Source: Squalus acanthias (Eukaryota). Taken from it: DNA of 64,000 nt. Made by a program: the position numbers and the translations under genes. Every line of letters starts with the position of its first letter. The first letter of the stretch is position 1. The notes under the pieces were generated by a model that was not told where the DNA came from, did not search any database, and saw only the letters and a program-made list of their open reading frames with translations. Shown one piece after another: positions 40,801 through 55,800 of this stretch. The stretch covers positions 67,208,001 to 67,272,000 of the forward strand of contig CM059443.1 in assembly GCA_030390025.1 (NCBI GenBank), read 5' to 3'.

Positions 40801-43800
40801 AAGGAGCTTTGAGCTGTTCTTACACTCTGGAATACACATGGCCTGGCTCTACAACAGTGACTTGTGGTGTTCCAGCCATGATCTTGTATGTAGAGAGCTA
40901 AAAGGGACCATCTCTTCAGCTACTGCTTAGTCATGGAAAGGGACTCTGTCACTCCTAACTACTCAATATCTAAAGTGGCACAAAGAAAGGATGTTATCAG
41001 CATTTTGTTCCTTCTTAAAACTGGCTGAGTTGGAAAACATCAGAGCTTGCAGGTTCTCCTCACCACCTCTTGTATGAGTACACCGCATTTCTTGGTTGAT
41101 GTGCAAAACTGCACCCAAAATAATATTTCAAACTGTTCCCCCCCCCCCGCCCCACCCCCCAACAACATCACAAAAATCTGAAACTGAACACAGTGGATGT
41201 GAACAATTTACCTCTCCCACTATGTAACTAGAATAAAAGAAGGCTTAGGGAATGGATTTAGAAGTTTGTAACCTGGCAAGACAGATGGCCATCACAGCGT
41301 CAGTAGCCCCTGTGTTCTCCACTTTCAAACCATTTGCATCAAGTAGCATTTATAGAGCAGCTACATGGATTCATTCGAACACACTGACCAAGCGTTTCTA
41401 TTTTGATTTGCCTACAGGAGATTATACAGTTTGCAGGCATTTGCCAGCTTCTCCTCTTGATCTTCAGGCCCGTTCCCAACTCCACCCTTCTAAAAAAGGC
41501 TTTACTTTTTGAGTGGGACTTGTGGTGTTGTAGATAATGACCAACTGAAGGGTTCCTCACCAGTAGGTCCCCGTTCAGTATTTTGTATTCTTTACTTGTG
41601 TTAATTGTGTAATGCAACTCTGTGTACAAATGCACAACATTATTCAAACGTTGCTGTTTGTCATCCAGCTATTCTTAAAAGGTTAATGTTTTTGTTCCCC
41701 TTTTTAACAACTTTTTTGAGGGGACATTTTGGGTGTTGGTTTCTTTACTTCAACTTGTGGCTTTGGCCTGAAAGAGCTCGGTGGTTCTGTGGAGCACTCT
41801 TGTAATGGCTGTAGGGAAGGAAAATTGTATGCTTGAGACTGATCAAGTTTCTTAAAGTGGCTCGTTAGCTAGCTTTACCTATAATGGACCTGTATGTATG
41901 AAATTCATCTTGTTCAAAAGTGGGTTACGTAGCCTGGAGAGGTGAGTAATATATCTTTACTGAGAGTCAAGGTGGCATCTTTCTCCTGTCTCTCTTTTCA
42001 ACAAGGGCTTTCCAAGATACTGTTTATCCACTGTTAGCAGATGTTTCATTAAGAATATGCACACACTGTTGAAAAAATTCAAGAATCTTTTGATTAAAAT
42101 TGTGTGTTGCGCAGGCGAAGCTGAGTGATGTCCCAAGCCACCAATATCCATTTCCACTTCACAAGCTTTACAATTAATATTAGTATGGGTAATCTCATTG
42201 CGTGCATCCACATTGGCATACTCGGTTCTTTTAAGAAGGTGGTCTTCTGCTATTTCTTACAGGGTTGTCTTTGCTACCGTATCTTTTATTTTCTTCATAA
42301 GCAGGAAAGAGTTGTATTCTATGTGAGTAACCATGTTGTGGAGCAGTGCAAATACAGTAGGAAGTGCCTGCACATTTGAAATACTGAATTAGTCTGAGTG
42401 GCAGTAATTTGGAATTATGATAAATGGATTAGGATTGTTTCTCGGCAGTAATCTGGTCATTGTGCTTCTAGTTCAATAATCACCTTGACTGTCCTCTCTA
42501 ATTCATTCGACAGGTGTAACATTATCTGTTTGCTGCATTGATCCAGTTAACCCTTTATTTGCTACTTGGGATTGTATTTATTAATAATTATGTTGGGTAA
42601 CTGGTTTAGGATTGACTAAACATTTGAGAATCCAAGATAAAATTGCATTTTAGTCAATCTTAAACCAGTTATCCAACATAAAGTGTAGCAGTCAGGTGGA
42701 GCATGATTGACTGAATTTAATGCAGATGGTCACTAAATTAGCCTGGTGTTCAGGATAACTATGAGCTGCTACTTAATACTCTTCCCAAAAAGCATTGCTT
42801 TTCCAAATGTCATCTTTCCACATTACAAGATAATTATATTTGATTTTGATATGTGTGGCACTGACCTAATAATACATTGTGGAGTCCACGGTGTGAGATG
42901 CCAATATGCAATAGCTTGCATTCACCAAGTTGCTATTTTCCAGATCTAGCAATGCCAACATCAGTTGACAAATGTGAGAAGTCGTCCAACAGCTTTATTT
43001 GAAATTACAAGCTTGTGATTTCAAATAAAGCTGTTGGACTATAACCTGGTGTTGTGCGACTTCTCACATTTGTCCACCCCAGTCCAACACCGGCATCTCC
43101 ACATCATGGCTAACATCAGTTGAAGACACGTAGTGCCACTGGCCCAAAATTCCCTCAAAGTTAGCGTTGATAAGGCACAAGTGGATGAACTCCACTGAAT
43201 ATCCTTCTGGAGAAAGTGATTAATCAACAGGTTCAATCCCAGATTGGAAAAATGCCAAAACTTTTTTCCAGTAACCCAGTGCCCATGGGAAGTCTAGGAT
43301 TGTAGACTTGGGGTAAAGTGAACCACCAAAGCCAGAATACAGACTCAAAATATCACAAATTATCAGATGTATTGGACAAACAAGTGAGGCAAACTGACTT
43401 TTGTTACTGTCACGGACACCAACATGGAAACTAACTACCTCCTCCCACTCTGCCTCCATATCCCTCTCTTTTCTTCTCCCTCATGAATGTATCAATGCTC
43501 TCTGCTTCAACCACTCCATGTGACATCGAGGTCAACATTCTCTCCACTCTGTGTAAAAATAATTCCTCCTAGTTTCTTTATTTGATCTGTTAGTGGCGAT
43601 CTTATATTTGTGGCACTAACCCACAAAGGGAAACAGTTTCTCCACACACAGCCCTTTATCAGGTCTCTTCTTAGTCTTCTGTTTTCCAGAGAAAAGAGCC
43701 CACGCATTCTCAATTTTTACTGATAGTTATGTGAGGGTGATGTACTGATAAGATCTAGGAAATGGTGCTTTGAGATCAGGAGGGCTATGTATTTTATTTC

Positions 43801-46800
43801 TGCTGCTTCATTCCTAGGAGGATGGTATTGACACCCATCCTCAACCTTTGGAATCTGAACAAAATCCTCAAGATGCAAACATTCAAAATGGAAGTAGAAA
43901 AGTCTTCAAGCCCAGATGGTATCTGTCCCGGAATGCTGATGGAGATATCCGAGGCACTAACCATAATTTTCAAAGATCTTTGCAACCAAAGGACTGGGTG
44001 GGGAATCTTACACAACTGTTCAAGAAATGGGAAAGGTATAAGCTAGGAAGTTGTTGGTCAGTTAGTCTTGCCTCGGCTGTAGATAAACTGCTAGAGTCCT
44101 TAATACAGGATGAGATTCGAGAGCGCCAGAGAAAGGAATGAGCTAGCAGGGGCAGGTACTGCTTGATTAATTTATTAGAATTTTATAAAGAAATTTCATT
44201 GTGTAGATGAGAGTTTATAATGGATCTTTTATATATTGATATTCAGATGGTTTTTGATAGGAGCCCCGTTATTAAAATGAACACGCATGATATTAAATAG
44301 GATCGAGCCACATGGTTAGACATGATTTGGGACAGGAAGCAAAAGTAGGGTGAATGGATGATTTTTGATTTGGTGGGATGTCGGTAGTGGTTGTGCCAGA
44401 TACTGTTCTGGGACCGTTTGTTTCCATTTATATAAATAACTGGGACAGAGCCATTATATGGGAGTTTGCTGATACAGATTAAGAGCTTGGCGAACTGAAG
44501 CAGAATGCAAGTGATTTCAGGAGCAATAAAAAGGTTAAGGAGTGGGCAGATCGGTGCAGTTCACAGCAGAGAAATGTGAAACAGTGAAAGGAAGCACGCT
44601 CTAAACGGGAAGACTCTTCAGAGTGGAGGAACAGAGATCTACGGATGAGGATGCATTGTTCTTTAAAGGTGTTAAATGATCATTAAAAGACAAATGGGAT
44701 CTTGATGTTTGAACATTCAACATAAAAACAAAGATAAATTTGAGCAGATCATTAAGTTTCAGACTTGAGTCAAACAGATACAATCTTTTATTTTACACTA
44801 TCGGGACAGCTACAATTGTAAAATGTAACATGGCAAACTAGGATGCCATGAGAACACAACGTAAGCAATAGTGTATTGAGGAAGTTTATCTGTTGAGTTT
44901 ACTGTGTGCAGTTCTGGACACCCCATTCCATGGAAAGGGGACAGCAAAGATTCACTAGAATTATACATAGAATGATGGATTATAGTTATGATGAGAGAAC
45001 ATAAGAAATAGGAGCAGGAGTCAGCCATTCGGCCCCTCGAGCCTGCTCTTGCCATTCAGTAAGATCACGGCTGATCTTCGGCCTCATCTCCACTTTCCTG
45101 CACTATCCCCATATCCCTTGATTCCCTTAATATCCAAAAATCTATTGATGTCTGTCTTGAATATACTCAACAACTGAGCCTGCACAGCCCTCTGGGGTAG
45201 AGAATTCCACAGATTTCTCCAGAGAGGTTATAGTTGTGAAGAAAATTATGATTTTTTTCGCTGGAACGGGAGGTTAAGGATCATCTAATAGAGGTTTTCA
45301 GGATTATGAAAAATTTTGCAACAGTAAATAATATTTCTACTGGTTAGCGAATCAGTAATGAGGGGGCATAGGTTGGGGATTATCACTCAAACGCAAAGGG
45401 CAACTGGAAGAAATGTTCTTCTAACCCTTTGAAAACATGGACAACTTCACATGGCTATTGAGGCAGAGACTAGAACATCATTTAAGTACTTGAAAAGGAA
45501 GGATATAAAAGGATAATGGGAAAGGGAATAGGATCGGGTAGACTACCAGTTGAAGAGCTAGCAGTTTGTGGGCTGAATGGCCTCCTTCCATTTTGTCATT
45601 TGTGATTACCGATCATTGAGGTGGTGTCCTACACAGGAGCCATCAGTCTCAGAGGCACAGTTTCTTTCCAGCTGTCAGGGAGTGACAATGTAAAGCTTTT
45701 ATTATTTCCAGTACTGTTCGTTTAATAGAAGGTGCGGTTTTTCAGCATTGCCGCTGCTTTTGGTTAAGTACTTGTAGGTGATGAGTGCTCACTTCAAATT
45801 CCAGACACAGCCCAATGGCTGACTCATTCGATGGCAGACGGAGTCAACCTATACAACAGTGCCTCCGACCGTGTGAAGAGTTTACTGACCTTATCTTCAT
45901 CATGGTGTGGAGAAATTACCAATCCCACTTGTCTGGGGCATTGGAGGCCGATTTCAGATTCCAAGGAGGAGTTCTAATCCGAGAGGTCAATGCCCACAAT
46001 CTTAAGGATTTGCTCAGACTGATGCAGCCTCTGCACTGGTAACTCTAAGTTTAAAGTTGGCTTTGCTGCAGGATCGGGAACCTTGGACCAGTCATAAAGG
46101 AACAGCCAGCACTCAAAGTTCAGAGAAGAGTGGGCTGGAAAACATTTCATTTTGAAGTTGCTGTTGTATCCTCTTAATTCAGGAGTGAATTTCCAACCCA
46201 GAGGCAGCCCGTGTAACTCTCTGCATTACTAAAGGCACCACCAAAACCCAGCTATAACTGTTTCTGCTGGCTCCTTGTGTCTGGGTCAGTTGGATTTCAA
46301 CAAAAAGATCTTTTAAAAAGAATCAAGGCACTCATTACCTGAAGACGGGAGCAAAAACCAACTGCTTAACTGTAGACAGCTGCACCCAGTACACGGCTAG
46401 TTAGAAGTCTAGTACTAAGCCAATTATGAGTTGGGGGAGTTTTATTAACTGAGTCAATAGATGGCATGCTTATTTTAAAGTAACTCATCTTGAAGAACAA
46501 AGAATGGGTAGAGAGGATGCAAGTGCACCTTGTGCGGGGAGAGGGTGGGTCAGATGATTCCGCTGCTCCAGGTGGAAGTGGGTATGCTGAATATCAGTCA
46601 ATGCGATCCTAGGAGTGTTGAGAGTAAAGGGATTGCAATATCGAACCTTTTCCAGAATAGTGAGGGGATCATGATTGGCACAAAACAAAACTATTCCTTC
46701 AAAAGGAGTTAACTTTGTCTCTCCTAAACCCTTTCCCGGTATTTGGGTGGATTTTTCAAGTGTCCCATCACAGCAGTGATGCCCAAGCTTTGTCTTCATG

Positions 46801-49800
46801 GAGCTGTGTCGGTGTGTACCGTGGAGTCTCGGGGCCGTGTCGGTGCGTACCGTGGAGTCTCGGGGCCGTGTCGGTGTGTACCGTGGCGTCTCGGAGCGGT
46901 GTCGGTGTGTACCATGGAGCCTCCTATATATAATAATATAAATATCCATTCCCATTAATTTGTCTAGATTTCCAGGTCCGGACACTAACCGATCTTGGTG
47001 TTCTGCTTTAGGATTTATTTACCAGTGAGACATTGTTAATGGATTCAAACAGGGCAAAGCAACAAATGAGAAATAACTGCAAATAGACTGAGCAGCCCGT
47101 GGTTTGAGGGCTGCACAACACATGGGCCATGCATTGGGCCCCTAGGTTAGAGTTTTGCTGTATTTCAGTAAAGTGGTTGCACGTGTCTTAATGTTGTTGA
47201 AATGTTCTCAGATGCTGTTTGTGTCTGATGATGACACTGGCAATCTTCTTTTAATTTCTTGTTGTTTGCAGTACTTCACAGGCTTGGAGTGTGGACACAA
47301 ATTCTGTATGCAGTGCTGGAATGAATACTTAACTACAAAGATCATAGAGGAAGGTATGGGGCAGGTATGTATCCGTTCCGCTGCATTTGTTCCATTTCCA
47401 CTGTTCAGGAACTGATATATTTTTGTGGGTGTGACTGCATTGGGTGAACTCATTTGTTTTGCACCTCTTTGCAGACTATATCCTGCCCAGCTCATGGCTG
47501 TGATATCCTAGTTGATGACAACACAGTTATGTAAGTATTGTTTTAATAGCTGAAAATTGTTTCTATATGCGCAAGCAGTTGAGGATAAGGCAGAGTCGCT
47601 AAAGATTCTAGTTCTGGGGTGAATGACTAGGACTGCGGTGGAATGTAATGGTGTGAAATTTTTGTGCTGCATCCACTTGAACTGTGAGAAACACCAAACA
47701 CTAGTTCCAGGTATTGTCCGTCCAAATTTAGATTGTGCCTGGGAGAGTATTTTGTTGTGCGCTAGGGTGCAATACTGGTGCTTGCAGTCCTTGTCACTGG
47801 AGCTGGTAGTGGCAGGAGCAATTGGAGATGGTGAATTAAGAGAATCTTAATATTAAACTGTAGTGACTTAAGTATGATGTTTTTGCCATAGCGCATTAGT
47901 ACCAACATACTCAATAAAACCAGAGTAACAACAAAAGCAGTTGCAATGGTCACATAAAAAACTTCAAAACCAGTGAGAATACAGTTAGCGATTCTTGTAA
48001 TTGGAGGTCACAGTAAGTGCTTTCTGTGTGGGGGCGGGGTTGGTGGTTGGGAAGAGCGAGGATGGTTATTCTTCGTTAAAATGTAGAGACTGGTGACTGC
48101 AGCCTGCCTTAATATGCTCCTGTAATTTGTTTTTAATATTCCTTTACCTCAATGGTTGCATGCTGTCTTAAACACCTCCACTCACCTAAACATTACTTAA
48201 CTTCACTAGTAATCTTATGGTAATATATGAAATTTTGTGTTAAGAAAGAGCTTGCATTTATATAGCGTCTTTCACGATCTCAGGACGTCCCAAAGCGCTT
48301 TACAGCTAATGAAGTGTAGTCACAGTTGTAATGTAGGAAACACAACAGACAATTTTTGCGCACAGCTAGGTCCCACAAACAGCAATGTGATAATGGCCAG
48401 ATAATCTGTTTGTGATAATTGGTTGTGGGATAAATATTGGCCAGAACACCAGGGAGAATTCCCCTGCTCCTCTTCAAAATAGTGCCATGGGTTCTTTTAC
48501 ATCCACCTGAGAGGACAGAAGGGGCCTCAGTTTAACATCTCATCCGAAAACAGCCCCTCCGACAGTGCGGCGCTCCCTCAGTACTGCCCCTCCGACAGTG
48601 CGGCGCTCCCTCAGTACTGCCCTGCAGAGTTAGTGTGGAGTTTGTGCTGGAAGGTATTGCAACTGTCAAGTCCATCCCTCACACTGTGATTTGACCAGTC
48701 TTGCACTTCATATAAATGCTAACTTGGTTCTTTCACATTTGCCGCAGCCCACCATCTGCTCTAGTTACCGCAATATTGTAGCGCGAAAGATGTGGATTTG
48801 ATCCCACTTCCAGATTTGAGCACAGTCTAAGCTGGCACTTCAGGGCAGCACTGAGAATTTTGAGTTTTCAGTAGTGCAGTCCCTTGGGATGAAATGGGAA
48901 AGTGAGTCTGTCTGTTGGTGTGGGTATTAAAATTCCCTTTTTGAAGAGAAGGTGTTCTCCCAGTGGCAGTTACTTACCACCAAAAGGAACAGATTAGGGA
49001 GTCATCGGTGTTTGTAAGATCTTGCTGTGCCCAGAAACGGCTGCTACATTTAGCTCCATAATAAAAGGAATTCATTGAATGTGAGGTATTTTGAGGTGTT
49101 TGAGAGCCATGGTGAGCTGCTATATAAATGCTATTGGTCTTTGTAATATAGCACAGACATTCGTACAGTCACTCTTGACTGGGTGGACCCTTGTAACTTG
49201 TTTATGTCCAATGGGTTTATTCCATTTATCCATTAGGAGAAAAACCTTTCAATCAGTGGCGCTCGTTAACCATAGCTATTGGAGGTTTAGAGGGGTTCTC
49301 TATCATTTATTGGGTATTTATTTGAAACTGTTCTTGTGGGTTTGCAGAGTATAAAAAGTTAATGGGCCGTGTATTGGGAAATGACTTCCATACGGTACCA
49401 TCTGGGTCATAGCACCAAGTGCATCTGCAATACAGATCTTAATGACCACAGTTAAGGAGTGTCGCTCATAAACAAGCAAACTGTCTCTTGCTGACTGCTA
49501 GAAATCATCTTTCACAGATGGAACCCTGGTTTTGTTGGTTTATTTTTCTGTGGGGACTATTGTGTCGGTGGGGATGTATGGTTTAGGATGAACTGAGAGC
49601 CATTTTTGTACAATATCTGTCAATGTTACAAGGAGTGAAGTTTTGCTGACACTGCAGGGTTATGTGAAGATCACATTTTACTAGTTATTCAATAGCAGCT
49701 TTGATCCAAGCAAGACTGAGATTAATTTATTTTGCTGTGAGTTTGACAAACTATACTGCATGCTTTGTTCCTCACTCACGCCTGCCACTTCCCACCATCT

Positions 49801-52800
49801 CAGATTTACTTTGCATTCCGGTCCCCTTGTTTCTTCAATAATTCCTGCAGTTTCTGAAAATGGTTTCCTCGTATTCGAAAGTGACCTGGCATTTCCAGCT
49901 AGGAAGGGAGCTTACTGTAAATAGCTGCTTACAGTAAATGCCACTGATTTTGATGCGCAACCAACCCATGAGAGTCTGCAGAAACCAAAAACACTAATCC
50001 CCAAGCATTGCATTTGACTTTGGTGCTGAGGAAAACATTTAACACCCTTTATAAAGCTTGACTAACAGGGAAGATGGTGTTCGTTTCAAAGAGGACTCGA
50101 TAACCTGGGTGATGTTGGAGCGTTAACACCGAGTTGTTTTTCTCAGCATCACCTCTGGTAATGGGTGAGTTTAAGGGCTAATCCCTTCATGCGATGAATG
50201 CTCATTCTTGGCTTTTCTTTTGTTCTTGTATAGCATTTACAGCACAGAAACAGGCCATTCGGCCCAACTGGTCTATGCCGGTGTTTATGCTCCACACAAG
50301 CCTCCTCCCACCCGATCAGCATAACCTATTCCTTTCTCCCTTGTGTGTTTATCTAGTGTTCCTGCACACACATGCTGGCTGTGCTGTTTTTTTCCTCATC
50401 ATAACCATCGTCTAACTTAAATGGATATAATTCCTGTTGCTCCCATTTCTTTTACAAAGTGAGGATGGGCAGCCACTTAGTTCCGATTGATTTGTGATTT
50501 CAGTGTACTTGATTTGTATACAAGCTGACAACCATTTCATTTCAGCATGTTCTGTTTACATAAGGTTCATGTTAATGACAGCCATGCAGCCTTTTCATTT
50601 GCCCTGATGTGTGTCGTGTTGTTGTCATGGAGCCGTGTTTCAGTTCCAGTGACAAATCTACAAATTGGGTTTGTTTTTGGAGAACTGTAATCATAGAATG
50701 GTTACAGCACGGAAGAAGGCCAATCGAGCCCATGCCGAATCTCAGCTAGTCCCACTCCCCCGCCCTTTCCCCGTAGCCCTGCAAATTTTTTTCTTTCAGA
50801 TACTTATCCAACTCCCTTTTGAAAGATAAGATTGAATCTGCCTCCACCACCCTTTCAGGCAGTGCATTCCAGATCTTAACCACTCGCAGCGTAAAAAAGT
50901 TTTTTCTTGCGTCGCCTTTGGTTCTTTTGCCAATCACCTTAAATCTGTGTCCTCTGGTTCTCGACCCTTCTACCAATGGGAACAGTTTCTCTCTATCTGC
51001 TCTATCCAGTCCCCTCATGATTTTGAACACCTCTATCAAATCTCCTCTCAATCTTCTCTGCTCCAAGGAGAACAACCCCAGCTTCTCCAGTCTATCAACG
51101 TAACTGAAGTCCCTCATCCCTGGAATCATTCTCGTGAATCTTCTCTGCACCCTCTCTAAGGCCTTCACATCTTTCCTAAAGTGTGGTGCCCAGAATTGAA
51201 CACAGTACTCCAGTTGGGACCGAATCAGTGTTTTATACAGGTTCATCATAATTTCCACACTTTTGTACTCTATACCTCTATTTATGAAGCCCAGGATCCC
51301 GTAAGCCTTTTTAACTGTTTTCTCAACCTGCCCGGCGACCTTCAATGATTTGTGCACACATACCCCCAGGTCTCTGTTTATGCACCCCCTTTAGGATTGT
51401 ACCCTTTAGTTTATATTTCCTCTCCTCATTCTTTCTACCAAAGTGTATCACTTAACACTTTTCTGCGTTAAATTTCATTTGCCAAGTGTCCGCCCTACCC
51501 ACCAGCCTGTCTATGTCCTCTTGAAGTCTATCACTATCCTCCTCACTGTTCACGATACTTCCAAGTTTTGTGTCACCTGCAAATTTTGAAATTGTGCCCT
51601 GTACACCCAAGTCCAAGTCATTAATATATATCAAGAAAAGCAGTGGTCCTAGAACCGACCCCTGGGGAACACCACTGTGTACCTTCCTCCAGTCGAAAAA
51701 CAACCGTTCACCGCTACTCTCTGTTTCTTGTCACTTAGCCAATTTTTTATCCATGCTGCCACTGTCCCTTTTATCCCATGGGCTTCAACTTTGCTGGCGA
51801 GCCTATTACGTGGCATTTTGTCGAACGCCTTTTGGAAATTCATGTACACTACGTAAATCGCATTACCCTCAACAACCCTCTCTGTTACCTCATCAAAAAA
51901 CTTGATCAATTTGGTTAAACACGATTTGCCTTTAACAAATCAGTGCTGGCTTTCCTTAATTAATCCACACCTATCCAAGTTAATTTTATCCCTGATTACT
52001 GTTTCTAAAAGCTTCTCCACTACCGAGGTTAAACTGACTGGCCTGTAGTTGCTGTATTTATCTTTACACCCTTTTTTGAATAATAGTGTAACATTTGCAA
52101 TTCTCCTGTCCTCTGGCACCACCCCCGTATCTATGGAGGATTGGAATATTATGGCCAGTACCTCCGTGATTTCCGTCCTCAATTCCCTCAGCATCCTAGG
52201 AGCATCCCATCCGCTTCTGGTGACTTATCAACTTAAGTACAGCCAGCCTTTATAATACCTCTTCTTCATCAATTTTTATCCTATCAAGTGTCTCCACTAC
52301 CACCTCCTTCACTGTCTATGGCAGCATCCTCTTCCTTGGTGAAGACAGATGCAAAGTACTCATTTAGTACCTCAGCCATACCCTCTGCCTCCATGCATAG
52401 GTCTCCTTTTTGGTCCCTAATCGGCCCCACCCCTCCTCTTACTATCCTTTTACTATTTATATACCTATAGGAGACTTTTGGATTATCTTTTATGTTGGCT
52501 GTCATTCTATTCTCATACCCTCTCTTTGCCCCTCTTATTTTCTTTTTCACTTCTCCTTTGATCTTTCTGTATATAGCCTGATTCTCAGATGTATTTGCAA
52601 CCTGACATCTGTCATACGCACTCTTTTTCTGCTTCATCATATTGGCTATCTGTTTCGTCATCCAGGGAGCTCTGACTTTAGTTGCTCTACCTTTTCCCCC
52701 CGTGGGAATGTACCTTGACTGTACCCGAACTATTTCCTCTTTAAAGGCAGCCCATTGTTCCACTACAGTTTTGCCTGCCAATCTTGGATTCCAGTTTACC

Positions 52801-55800
52801 CGGGCCAGATCCGTTCTCATCCTACTGAAATTGGCCTTCTCCCAGTTAAACATTCTTACTCTAGATTGCTCCCTGTCCTTTTCCATATCTAATCTAAACC
52901 TTATGATACTATTATCACTGTTCCCTAAATGTTCACCTACTGACACTTGCTCCACTTGACCTACCTCATTCCCCAGAACCAGATCCAGCAATGCCTCCTC
53001 CCTCGTCGGGCTGGAAACATACTGATCAAGAAAGTTCTCCTGAACACACTTCAGAAATTCTTTCCCTTCTCTGCCCTTTGCACTATTACAATCCCAGTCT
53101 ATATTAGGATAGTTGAAGTTCCCCATTATTACTACTCTATAGTTCTTGCACAGCTCTGTAATTTCTCTGCAAATTTGATCCTCCATATCTTTCCCACTAT
53201 TTGGTGGGCTATAGAATACACCTATTAATGTAATGGCACCTCTATTATTACTTAACTCTAGCCATATCGATTCTGTCCTTGACCCCTCCAGGACATCCTC
53301 CCTCTCCAGCACTGTAACATTCTCCTTAACCAATACTGGCACACCACCTCCTATCTTTCCTGAACACCTTATAACCAGGAATATTTAATACCCAATCCTG
53401 CCCTTTTTTGAGCCAGGTCTCCGTTTTTGCCACAATATCTAGCAGCTCACTTACCTTGTTTACTACGCTTCATGCGTTCACATACATACACTGTAAACCC
53501 ATCTTAGACCATCCTGTATTCTCTCTTAGTTGGACCCCACCTAATACCTTACTATTTCTTACTTTAGTGCTCTCTGCCCCTCCCATTCCTTTGAGCACTT
53601 TATTTCCCCTTTCTAATGCATTTTGGCAGAAGGAACAGGGAGAGGCAATATACACTTGATGGCACAGTTTTAAAGAGTGTGCAGGGACAGAGAGACCTGG
53701 GAGTTAATGTACATAGGTCCCTGAAGGTGGCAGGACATATTGAGAGAGTAGTTAACAAAGCATATGGGATCTTGGGCTTCATAAATAGAGGTATTGAGTA
53801 CAAAAGTAGAGAAGTTATGCTGAACCTTTATAAAGCACTGGTTAGGCCACAACTGGAGTATTGCGTCCAGTTCTGGTCACCACACTTTAGGAAGGATGTG
53901 AAGGCCCTTGAGAGGGTGCAGAGGAGATTTACCAGAATGGTTCCGGGGATGGGGGATCTTAGCTACAAGGACAGGTTGGAGAAGCTGGATTTGTTTTCAT
54001 TAGAGCAAAGGAGGTTGAGGGGTGATTTGGTAGCGGTTTACAAGATTATGACGGGTTTGGATAGGCTAGATGAGGAAAGGCTGTTCGCACTAGTTGATGA
54101 TACAAGAACTAGGGGACATAGATTTAAGGTTTTGGGCAAGAGATACAGGGGGGATATGAGGAAAAGCTTTTTTACGCTGCGAGTGGAGATGACCTGGAAC
54201 TCGCTGCCAACGGAAGTGGTGGAAGCGGAGACACTCAATGTTTTCAAGGGGAGACTGGATAGGCACTTGAGAGAAATAAACTTGCAGGGCTACAGGGATA
54301 GAGCGGGGGAATGGGACTGACTGGATTGCTCTACAGAGAGCCGGCACGGACTTGATGGGCCGAATGGCGGCCTTCCGTGCCTCTATGACTAATGTTACAT
54401 CCTGGTGCCCACCCCCCTGCCAAATTAGTTTAAACCCTCCCCAACAGCACTAGCAAACCTCCCTGCGAGGATATTGTTGAAGTCCAACCCGTCCGGCCTG
54501 TACAGGTCCCACCTCCTCCAGAACTGGTCCCAATGCCCCAGGAATCTGAAGCCCTCCATCCTGCACCATTTCTCCAACCACGCATTCATCTGCTCGATCC
54601 TCCTATTTCTATATTCACTTGCGTGTGACACTGGGAGTAATCTGGAGATTACTACCTTTTGAGGTCCTGCTTTTTAGTCTCTTTTCTAGCTCCCTAAAAT
54701 CTGCCTGCAGGACCTCATCCCTCTTTCTACCTATGTCATTGGTACCAATATGGACCATGATCTCTGGCTGTTCACCCTCCCCCCTCAGAATGATATTTTA
54801 GCAATGAGTGAACACAGATCCTTTTTGTGTGTTTTGTTCAGGCTGAAGGTGGGATTCCATTTGTTTCGATAATGACAAACCCAGCAACACATTCCGTTGC
54901 TTGCGTCCTAGTTTGCTATTGGCCTCACTTTATAACCAAACTGGCATATAACCTCACTTACTATATCACGTAAAAATTAATGCTTGGGGCAGACGGTGTT
55001 GCCGGACACCCGCATGGGAAGTTCGATAGAAGTGAGGAAGGTATTTGGCCTAACTTAAGATTCATCCAGAAAAAGCCTACAGCTCCCCACCACAACATCT
55101 AACTGCATCATATATCACGCAATCGGGAAGACGGTTCAGTTGTGCGTTTATCAGTAACCGCACAGCAAACAATTTTGTGCGTTCAGAAGATCTAAAAACT
55201 CCCCCCCCCCCCCCCCCCCCCCCCAATTACCACTGAGCGAGGAGATCAGCACATGGTAGGGTGTAGCTGAGTTGGGTTGCTTCCTCCTTGTGGAATGGCC
55301 ACTTTCCTCTTCTATTCCTATATGTTGTCAGTCTAATGGAAATATGTTTCGGTTTATTTTCCCCAGGCGTTTGATCACAGATTCCAAAGTCAAGTTGAAG
55401 TACCAGCATTTAATAACAAACAGTTTTGTAGAGGTAAGGCTTTCCCTCTTTAGAACAAATACTGTGTGTGGAAGTGCAATAGGTAGAAATAAAAATGGAA
55501 CTGTGTTGTAAAGGTGTGCATTGCATACATTGGCTGCTAAACTGGCGTCATAGTAATTCAAAATAGTTCTTTTAAATCTGTTTAATTTGGGTTTTAAAAT
55601 TGCTTTGCGAGGTGACAGTAGCTGGAGCCTTGCCGTACGGAGTGGGGTTGGTTGTTAGGTGTGCACCAGAATTCGAGCAACACTGGGGTGTCATTAGATA
55701 ATGACTGGGTCTGACTGGAACCTGTCCCTTTTGTGCCACCTTCTCATCACCGTGCCTTTTGTTTAAACTGAGCGAGACACCAACAGTTGTGCTTTTCCAT

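Noticed and set aside
52284-53342. 352-aa ORF as a host gene or active LINE
   Set aside because: It is a CR1 endonuclease/linker segment. The element is frameshifted, 5'-truncated and interrupted by another CR1.
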